DNA of 64,000 nt from Dimorphilus gyrociliatus (Eukaryota; Animalia; Annelida), in the NCBI GenBank assembly GCA_904063045.1, contig CAJFCJ010000028.1, positions 186,001-250,000 of the forward strand. The letters are read 5' to 3'. Positions 50,057 to 64,000 of this stretch are shown piece after piece (within the stretch, counting starts at the first letter, position 1; each line of letters starts with the position of its first letter). The notes beneath the pieces are model-generated. The model saw only the letters and a program-made list of their open reading frames with translations. It was not told where the DNA came from and ran no database searches. Position numbers and translations under genes: made by a program.

Positions 50057-51851
50057 ATGGCACCAAAATGCGTTGTTTGCTATGTTTGCGGTAGAGAATA
50101 TGGTACAAGATCGATTGGAATTCACGAAAGCCAATGTCTTACTAAGTGGAAGATTGAAAATAGAAAGCTTCCTCCTAACCAACGTAGACGACCACCTGTC
50201 AAACCACAAGTTCTTCCATCCATATCAGGCAGGACTCAACACGATATTGATAGATGGAATGAAATTGCCGCTCAAAGTGCTGCAGCCCATATGGCGTGTT
50301 GCGAAAATTGCGGTAGAACATTTAATCCGGATCGTTTAAGTATTCACCTAAAGAGTTGCAAACCTGGTAATGCCTCTAAACCAGTAAGAGGAAAAGAGGG
50401 TTTACTTAATTCAAGATCCCGTCGAAATGTGCATCCTGGATACGAAGACGAGTACGAATATCATAGTTCTGCTGATATAACAGAATACGTGGAATTCGAT
50501 GACGACTATAATTCAAGTTCTAGTGAGCGAACTTTAACGAATAATTATAAAAATCATAAAATATTACAAAAAATAGATGTTAACGAGTATCCCGGACCCC
50601 ATAAGTCGCCTAGAAGAAACAACGGTAATAATCAACAAGGCTATAGAACTGATCGAAAAGGTGATACCAGAAGACCAGCAGATTATAAACCTCAGTCTGA
50701 CGGTTTTAAATTTGCTAATAAACCTGGCCATAGACCTGGAGGAGGACAGTTTGTACATTGTTACATTTGTAATCAAAAGTTTACTACTGCGTCTATTAAA
50801 TTTCACGAACCTTCTTGTTTAAAGAAGTGGCATATTACGCAGGAACAACTTCCGCCCCATCTCCGCCAAAGACCGCCAATCAAACCTAAAGAGTTTGATA
50901 TGATGTTTGGGGACGATGGAGAACGGGGTGGCGGCGGTCGTGGAGGAGGGGGAGGCGGTCATGGGTTCATGGAAAATAATTTTGGAGGCGGCGAAAGTAC
51001 TAGGTTACCGGGGAAGGGCAAATATAATATTAACGCGTATAATGCAGCTATGCAAAAAGCTGCCGAAACAAACATGGCTCAATGCCCTCATTGCAAGAGA
51101 ACATTCAATCCCGATCGAATTCAAAGACACGAGGCTGTCTGCAGGAAAACGAAGAGAGGCCGCACAGAAAGATCAAAACAGCTAAACAAGAAAGGACCAT
51201 CAGCAAGTGGTCTTATGCCTTCGGCATCAAAAAAATCTAGAAAATACGATGTTGAAAAAGATAGAAGAAGAAGATATCATAGTGTTTTAGATACCCCGCA
51301 AGGTAGACGACATGGTTTCGTAATTTGTCCTGGATGCGGAAGACAATATACTCACGCTTCAATACAAATACATTTACCCAGATGCGGCGCTGGAGCTGGC
51401 AGGAGAATGGGAGGAAAAGGCAATGTTAGATCCACTAATTACGAAAGAGAATCCGGACCGTGAGTATGTTTGGTAGCAAATGTCATTTTTTTAAATGTGG
51501 GTATAATATTTTTAGCTCGGTCTCCTTTTCGAATCAATGTCAAGGTTGCGGAAGAACATTTGCGGGTGATCGATTAGAAGTTCACCAGCGAGTTTGTCTG
51601 AATGTAAACAAAAATTACTCTTTGAATCAATCTTCTGATTATGTTTATTTATATTAAATACATTAATTTTTCAGAATCCCAGCTTATTCCAGTCAAGAAG
51701 TCCTCGAAGAAATCCTCCCATGAATACTAACAGACCCCAACCAAGCCCAAGAAGAAGTTTGAATAAAAATCAAATAGCAGCTTGTCCTAATTGCGGTCGC
51801 CAATTTAAAGCAGAACGTTTGCCAGTTCATATGAGAGCTTGCAGAAAATAG
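50057..51851 (+). CDS. ZNF474: ZNF474/ZNF475-like C2HC zinc finger protein, 555 aa, 3 exons (50057-51459, 51516-51603, 51675-51851)
   Basis: CYVCGREYGTRSIGIHESQCLTKWKIEN and CENCGRTFNPDRLSIHLKSCKP match the recalled ZNF474 paired C2HC module; seven CxxC..H...C fingers in total. Confidence 0.8.
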
Positions 51852-52449
51852 TATCCTTATTCACAATTCTCTTTTTTCCTTTTGAAATCTATCATTAAAC
51901 AAATTCCCCTTATTCTTGTACATGTATTAAACAAACGATCACTTCGTGACTATTCAACTATTCAAAGATTATAATAAACTATTATTTATTCTTAAAATTT
52001 ATGAAAATATGACGTAAGAGATTAATTAACTTCTTTTCTTTATAAATTAAAAGCTTTTATTTAAAAACAAAAAATAAATAGAAAACAAGATCAAGATCAA
52101 ACGAATTACGTACGATATATAGGCCTAACATTTGTTTTTTTTTGGTTTTATATATATTGTTAAGGAGTGTAAAATTTACTCTATTAGTTGACTAATAAAT
52201 TATTTGATTCAAACTAGTTTTAGGATATAAATTCTTATGTTCAACAGAGTTACTTTAAAGCGGTTCCTTTCTTTTACATGAAAGATGGAGTAGTGTTTTT
52301 TTTGTTCGTTTGTGATGGATTTTTTTTCTAATAAAAAAGAAACGTTATCTATATTCTCGCTTTTTTTTGTTAACAAAATACAAAAGTATAAAAGAAAAAG
52401 AAATACAACTAAAAAATAAAATTAAAGTCTACGCAGCCGATGAAAATAA

Positions 52450-55400
52450 TCAATCTTTAAGATTGTGCTGGTTATTTTCATTCTCTTTTCCAAATTTCTT
52501 TTTTCCTTGTACAACTTGACTTTCTAAATTTCTATTACGACTTTCTAATTTAGACATTTTCTCCCTAAGCATAAGTATCTCTTCTTTTAGTTGTTGCTTT
52601 TCCAATACTATCTTTCTTACGTGTTGAACCTTTTGTTTATGATTATGATGGCCTAACAGTTGCCCGTATAATTCGGCCATTTTAGCAGCATCGTTTTTAG
52701 CTTCTGATCTAGCTTGTTGTAATAATTTTAAGTGATCCTGAAAAGGTTCAACTTCATTTCGAAGTTGTTCGTATAATTTCCTAAAATGTTCGGCCTTCTC
52801 CCTAATTTCCTCCAGTTTTTCTAGTGCAGAATCTCTTTCGTCTATATAAGGTTGAGCCTGCTCTGTCGAACAACTCTTTAAAGTCTTCAGGTTCTCTTCG
52901 AGATCTAATACATAAGCTTCCACCCTGCTTTTTTCCGTATTTAATGCCACATATTCATCTGCTATATTCTGTCTTGATATTTTAAGCGCAAGATACTCTT
53001 CTTCCAAATTTTCTATTCTTTTTGATTTTTCATCTAATAGATAGTTATACTCTTCAATACTATTCTTATTGAAGTCAATTTTAGCTTTCATCTCCTTCAG
53101 TTGTTTGTTAGTCGATTTTAAATCAGATGATAAATGCTCATTTTCAACTTCTAATTTATCTTTCTTTTCCTTGCAATCTGAGATTATTTTTAATAGAATG
53201 GAATCAACAAATTGACCTTTTACTCCCAAAAACTCCATTGTTGAATTAACAAAGCATTCATATTTTTCACACCTAGATAACGACTCGTTAACTTGTTGCT
53301 TTAACTCCATAATTTCCTCGTCTTTTGTAGCGGTTTCTCTGTTTAATTTACTAATAGAAAAGATTTTTTCGTCAAGCTCCATTGACAGAGTTGTGCTTCT
53401 TTCAACCTCACCATTCCACTTTGTTATGGTATCGTACAATTTTCGACAAACTGTTTCCAACGTCGTTTTTTCTGCTTGAAGTTCTTGCGTAAGTTTTTCA
53501 TTCTCTTCCTGTAAGTTCCGACAAAGTGATTCAGTTTCATCACTTAACACTCTAGTCTCTTCTTTAAGTGTCAAATGCTCCAAATTAATATCTTCAATGG
53601 CTGAATTTAATTTTTTAACTTTTTCCTGTAAATTTAATTTTTCAGAGGTCATATTTTGTATAATTACATCACTATCTCTCTTCAATTCCTCATAATCAGC
53701 AAGCAATTTGACTTTACTCTCATTCGCACAATCCAACAGTTGAATTGTTTCTACTTTATCTTTCTCTAATTTTTCTTTTATTATCTCCATATCTTTGAAA
53801 TCTTGCTGCAATTTGCAATTTTCAATATTCTTACTTTCCAATAATTGTTTAGTTTGTAATAAATCTTTTTCCAGTGTTTGCTTTATCTTTGCCAATTCTT
53901 CATAATCTGCTTGCAATATACATCTATCCTTGTTTGTATTTTCCAATTCTTGTTTCGTTTCTATCAAATCCTTTTCCAATTGTTCGCAGTTTTCTGCCAG
54001 TTTACATTTGTCGTTGGTTATATCTTCTAATTGTTTATTCCTATCCAACAGATCTCTTTCCATTGCTTCGATATTTGTTTGTAATTTTTGATTATCTGTA
54101 TCTTTTGCTGTCAATAATTGTTTTGTATTTGTCAAATCCTTTTCCATTTCGTCTCTTATGTTCTCAATATTCACTTTTTCATTTTCAATATCATCTTTTA
54201 ACTTTTCTATTTCTTTCTTTTCATCTTCAGTGTTGCTCAACTTATTCTTCAACTCTAACAATTCATCGGCTTGTTCCTGTAGGCCTTTGCAAGCGTTGCT
54301 ATAATTTTCTCCCAGAGATTCAAGACTGCTTTTCAAAGTATTATTCTCACTTAAGCTTTGCTGTAGGTTTTCTCCAATAATTATTTTATCTTTCTCCAAT
54401 TTGTTAATGCTATCAGCTGCTTCCCCCAGCTTATCAAAGAGATCTTTATTTTCTTTAATTTTTGCTTGTAATTCCTCGTCTATAGCGAGATTAGTAGCAT
54501 TTAGTTTTTCACTTTGTTTCTTAAAAGATAATAATTCGAATGATATATCTTCATTCTCTCTAACGAGATGTAAAATACTTTTTTCAAATTCTCCATTCTT
54601 TTCTTGTAAAATCTGAACAGAACGTTTTAAAATATCATTTCTTTGCTCAACTGTTTTTGTTTTTAAAATGGCTTCCGAGTGTAAATCCTCAGAAGCTTTC
54701 TTTAGGATTATAAGCTCTCCTTTTACAGATTCCAATTCGTCTGTTACACTCTTTACCTTTGATTTACGGAATGAGTCAAATTCCTTTTGAATATCTTGAT
54801 AATTACATAAAAGTATGCTCTTCTCTTCTTCAGTTTTGCTCAAATCCAATTTATATTGGCTAATATTAGCTTCAAGCTCATGTTTGTATCGTTCAAAGCC
54901 TTCTTTACAGCTATCCAATTCAATTTGAACCTCTTTTAGCATTGCTTCTAATTTGCTCTTTTCCCCTTCGCAATTAGACAAATTTTTTAATAATGAGTAT
55001 ACTTCTTCTTTTAGTTCCATTTTACACTTTGTAAAAATTTCCTTATTTTCTTGTTCTTGTTTCTCGTAACCTATTTTACAAGACTCTAATTGTTTCCTTA
55101 CTTCTTCGAGATCGGAGTTGAGCAGACAATTTTTCTCTTCTAGACAAGATTTATCTGTTTTTAGTGAGTCCATATCTTTGCCCAGTTTTTCATAACTCTC
55201 TTTCAATGCTTGTTTATCAGATTCCAGACGAGAGGTTATCTGTCTAAGATCAGAAATTTCAATTTTAAACCGCTCTCCATCTTCTTTAACTGAACTGTTT
55301 TCTTTTTGTACACTTGTGAGATCTTTTTCAAATTTATTTAATAAATTACGTGCTTCTTTTAATTCTTCTTCACAGTTTCGTTTTTCGGCTTCAAGTTTAG

Positions 55401-55896
55401 CTATTTTTTTTTTTAATTCTTCAACTTGGCTCTTTAATTTCTCATTTTCCTTCATTAATGATTGCTCCTTTTTGCCTCTATCGTTGACTGACTTTAGTTT
55501 CACTTGAAGATCGTTACACTCGATTTGAATTTTTGATATTTGCCGTTCTTTTTCGTCTAACTCTTTTTCCAATCGTTTAATTTTCTGCTCTTGACCACTT
55601 GACATAGCAAAGTCGCAAGGTATTTTAAAACCATCGTTGTCTTTTCTCTTTGAAGGTGTGCAATTAATCAATGCTAGGTTATTTAAAGATCCACTGGAAC
55701 ATGTGGAAAGTGAATGAGCACTACTGGCTCTTCGAAGAGATCCATCTTCATCAACTTTATCAACGAACCTTTTCCCACCAGTATCAATGAACGCTGACGG
55801 AATTTTAGATTTAGCCTTTGGATCATAGCTACCTGGAGCTGGATTGTCATTTGAATTATCGTTAAATCTCTTAATAGAAGCGCGAGGAAAGCTCAT
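52450..55896 (-). CDS. HMMR: Hyaluronan-mediated motility receptor (RHAMM; spindle/centrosome coiled-coil protein), 1148 aa, intronless
   Basis: N-terminal MSFPRASIKRFND...PAPGSYDPK and C-terminal YGQLLGHHNHKQKVQHV match HMMR hallmarks (MSFPKAPLKRFND; YAKLLGHQNLKQKIKHV); long coiled coil between them. Confidence 0.93.
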   Translation of the reverse strand: MSFPRASIKRFNDNSNDNPAPGSYDPKAKSKIPSAFIDTGGKRFVDKVDEDGSLRRASSAHSLSTCSSGSLNNLALINCTPSKRKDNDGFKIPCDFAMSSGQEQKIKRLEKELDEKERQISKIQIECNDLQVKLKSVNDRGKKEQSLMKENEKLKSQVEELKKKIAKLEAEKRNCEEELKEARNLLNKFEKDLTSVQKENSSVKEDGERFKIEISDLRQITSRLESDKQALKESYEKLGKDMDSLKTDKSCLEEKNCLLNSDLEEVRKQLESCKIGYEKQEQENKEIFTKCKMELKEEVYSLLKNLSNCEGEKSKLEAMLKEVQIELDSCKEGFERYKHELEANISQYKLDLSKTEEEKSILLCNYQDIQKEFDSFRKSKVKSVTDELESVKGELIILKKASEDLHSEAILKTKTVEQRNDILKRSVQILQEKNGEFEKSILHLVRENEDISFELLSFKKQSEKLNATNLAIDEELQAKIKENKDLFDKLGEAADSINKLEKDKIIIGENLQQSLSENNTLKSSLESLGENYSNACKGLQEQADELLELKNKLSNTEDEKKEIEKLKDDIENEKVNIENIRDEMEKDLTNTKQLLTAKDTDNQKLQTNIEAMERDLLDRNKQLEDITNDKCKLAENCEQLEKDLIETKQELENTNKDRCILQADYEELAKIKQTLEKDLLQTKQLLESKNIENCKLQQDFKDMEIIKEKLEKDKVETIQLLDCANESKVKLLADYEELKRDSDVIIQNMTSEKLNLQEKVKKLNSAIEDINLEHLTLKEETRVLSDETESLCRNLQEENEKLTQELQAEKTTLETVCRKLYDTITKWNGEVERSTTLSMELDEKIFSISKLNRETATKDEEIMELKQQVNESLSRCEKYECFVNSTMEFLGVKGQFVDSILLKIISDCKEKKDKLEVENEHLSSDLKSTNKQLKEMKAKIDFNKNSIEEYNYLLDEKSKRIENLEEEYLALKISRQNIADEYVALNTEKSRVEAYVLDLEENLKTLKSCSTEQAQPYIDERDSALEKLEEIREKAEHFRKLYEQLRNEVEPFQDHLKLLQQARSEAKNDAAKMAELYGQLLGHHNHKQKVQHVRKIVLEKQQLKEEILMLREKMSKLESRNRNLESQVVQGKKKFGKENENNQHNLKD

Positions 55897-56089
55897 TTTA
55901 GTTTGATTTGGTTTTATCGTTTTAGTGCCAAAATTAAAATAAAACTAACCAATGAGAGAACATATAGTAAAAAACGGGTTCTTGTTCCGGATTGATTTTT
56001 AACGAGAACAGTGAAAACCGAAACCAGAAAATGATTCTATATGCTGAACAAGAACAAGCGGTTACCGGTCGATTTCAAGGTTATCCAAA

Positions 56090-56879
56090 ATGGCGTCCAA
56101 AATAAGACAAGAGATGCCCCCAGAGGGAGGGTATAAAGAAGTTCAATGGAAGCGTGTGATGCCAAAAGCCCATTGGAGCGGTCTGTATAGTTTTTTAATT
56201 TTTAAATTTTGAAAAATAAAATTAGATGAAATCTTCTATCGTAATAAATTCAAATATCATTTGAGCGATAAATGAGAGAAATATCCTAGAACTTAAGTTT
56301 GATCATACCCTACATCTAGGTTATAGGACATTTCTTGCGTTTGCTGCTATAAATGGAGCAGCTTGGTTTGCTTACAAGTGGCAAATGGCATATGAGGCGT
56401 AAGTTATCAACAAGTCTATATTATGATTCTCTACATCATTCTATTTTAACTCAGTAAACGCCGATTGGACGAAAATGATGCTAGAGTAGCTCTAACTCCG
56501 CTACTTCAAGCTGAAAGAGATAGAATGTAAGTTAAACTGGTCAAAATCACCAATGAAAATTGCGACCAGAGTCTATGCATCATTACAACAGAAGTCAATG
56601 ACTTAATTCTGTCAACAGGTTCCTCCGTCAAATGCGAAAGAACCGAGATGAGGAAGTTGCAGTAATGAAAGATGTTCCTGGATGGAAAGTAGGAACTTTG
56701 TGGGGAGAACCGATTTTTCACAATTTGGCAGAAAGGTTTTACTTTGAGTGATTTTTATTTTAACTGAGCTAAAAGTGTACTATTTGGACAGATTTCCCGT
56801 TGTTATGGGTGAAGAAATTTATATGCATAGCAGGAAGGCAGACTTGGAAGATCGGTTTTATGAAAGAAGACGACATTAG
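56090..56879 (+). CDS. NDUFA13: NADH dehydrogenase 1 alpha subcomplex subunit 13 (GRIM-19), 148 aa, 5 exons (56090-56180, 56320-56398, 56455-56526, 56619-56735, 56792-56879); not in the ORF track
   Basis: Spliced [69 protein letters not shown] matches GRIM-19. All introns are GT-AG and in frame. Confidence 0.93.
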
Positions 56880-56949
56880 AAAAAAAAACAAAAAAAATGA
56901 CAATTCTCCTGTGTATCTTTGTACACATGCTTAATACTGTTTAATTAAA

Positions 56950-58233
56950 TCAGTCATAAACTGGTCTAAAGCCTGTTTTTGAACCTCCAGCAGGAAACGG
57001 TTGATCATTACCGCGTTGAGAACCTCCTGTTTGAGTATTAAAAGCACTATGAAAGTAATTATTTAAAGTTTATAATGGTTTTACTTTGACTCTGTTGCCC
57101 TGGCGCTGGTAATTGAGCTCGATCCATTTCCGATTGAACCTGACAGTTAAAATTGAATTTAAATTTTTAAGAATTATATGAATTGTTTAACTATACCTTC
57201 ATCCAAGTCATATCTCCATCATCTTCTCCCGATATAACCATCTTTTTTAGGCTTGGAATTTCATGAAAAGGCATATAAGCTTCTCCTATAAGATTACAAA
57301 GACTTCGTTTAAATAAGTTAATCATTGTTAAGTTAGGAAAACCAACCAACAGGCAGTCCTCTTGCTTTTCGCTCACCCTCAACTTCAAAATAAGTTCGAT
57401 GTTCTTCCCAATGTTTATCGCAAGCGGCACATAAAAAATTGGATATAAACCTCCCACAACCACAACTTTTACAATTTAAATTGTTAGGATCATGTTCTTC
57501 GTGTGTGTGCTTGCATTTACATTTGGCTCGCCAAGTTGATGGATCAAAATTTCGTCTTCTAGCAAACCAAAATTCTCCGACGTCCTCGAACCGAGAGGGT
57601 ATCCACTGAAAGGCTTTACACCTACATTCCCCGCATTTAAATCTATCTGTTCTGCCTTTGAAAAAATTTTAATATACTGTTGTCTTATATTTTTTATAAG
57701 CATACTCATGGCTTTAAATTCTTCGTGATTTGCTAACATATGACCACAAAAGCATTTTGAATGTTTGCTTACTCTTTGGCAATCATGTTTGAATTCGGGG
57801 CAGCGCCATCCAATATATAATCCTGAACGGTTATCAGATAGAACATACTAGAGCTTACAATTAAAAATTAACCTGATCTAATAGCATCTTCGGCAGCCTC
57901 TCTTTCGGGATCAAAAAGTGTTTTTACTCGACCTCCAAAGTCATCGTTCATGGCTCGAGCGAACGAAACTACATCGTAGTTTTTAGCAGCTTTAACTTCC
58001 CTCTTTGTGTATCCTTTTGGAGCCAGAGTACCATCAGGTTGCTTTTCAAACTGAGCAGCAACAGCGCTTGCCCTCTGCACTAATTCAGAACTTGGTTGAC
58101 CCTTTTTTTAAAAATTTATTGCCTTGCGTAATTAAAATTTTTGTTAAATCGAACGTACTCGTCCTCTTCCTCTACCTCTTCCACTCCTACCACCGGGTAC
58201 TGCTACAGTCTTTTTTTGACCTCTCGAACTCAT
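56950..58233 (-). CDS. FAM221B: FAM221B family Cys-rich protein with RG-rich N-terminus, multi-exon
   Basis: Spliced VSFARAMNDDFGGRVKTLFDPEREAAEDAIRSGLYIGWRCP..DCQRV..SKCFCGHML; WIPSRFEDVGEFW; WRAKCKCKHTHEEH; SNFLCAACDKHWEEH all match recalled FAM221B. Stop at 56950-56952. Confidence 0.9.
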
Positions 58234-58325
58234 TTTCTCCTCAAATTTATTTTTGTTTAGCTTGAAATATTAAGTATTATTTGCCTACATTCGTGTTGTT
58301 TCCTCTATAAACAAGGTAAAATAAT

Positions 58326-58372
58326 GTGACGTCACTAAAATACTTGGAATTCCCATACCGACGCCTGGCAAC
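58326..58372. promoter_or_regulatory. CRE palindrome plus RFX X-box-like site upstream of FAM221B
   Basis: GTGACGTCAC (58326-58335) and GACGCCTGGCAAC (58360-58372; one mismatch to GTYGCCTGGCAAC). Confidence 0.5.
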
Positions 58373-58562
58373 AAAGCAGACATGTGAAGTAATTTCCATT
58401 CAAAATTCAGATAGGCCTGCATAGCTATTGATAAGTAAGTATTAAGCTAAATTAATGAATGAACAAAAGAGATAGATGTTAAAATTTTATCACAGCTGTT
58501 TAATTTTCGAAAAACGAAGAAACAAAATTTATAGCACATTTTCAATTTATATTCATTTAATT

Positions 58563-64000
<5,438 letters not shown>

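Overview
AT-rich, gene-dense animal nuclear DNA with very short GT-AG introns (mostly about 50-80 bp) and short spacers. By splicing the ORF fragments by hand I reconstructed 22 protein-coding genes: STIL, an orphan membrane protein, FAM187A-like, RNF31/HOIP, prominin, WDR11 (with a ZIP3-like zinc transporter nested antisense in one intron), PPP4C, HAUS1, CCNF, AIMP2, an ADP/ATP carrier, UBA6, C10orf53, ACADS, FOXK, SAXO, ZNF474-like, HMMR, NDUFA13, FAM221B and the 3' part of myosin V. The gene set (UBA6, HMMR, CCNF, STIL, RNF31) plus extreme compaction suggests a miniaturised lophotrochozoan genome; the annelid Dimorphilus gyrociliatus is my guess and is not verified. No tRNA, rRNA, CRISPR array or intact transposon was seen. 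The most notable observations are: (1) a GC-elevated, hairpin-rich non-coding element of about 650 bp inside a probable 5'-UTR intron of CCNF, within an unusually long 4.4-kb gap lacking recognisable genes; (2) the ADP/ATP carrier is of the plant/fungal sequence type rather than the usual animal ANT type; (3) the nested ZIP gene, whose poly(A) signal abuts the host splice donor; (4) near-perfect CTCF motifs in convergent orientation; (5) a high density of centriole, spindle and cilium genes with matching E2F/CHR and RFX-like promoter motifs. All family assignments come from my recall of reference proteins, not from database searches.
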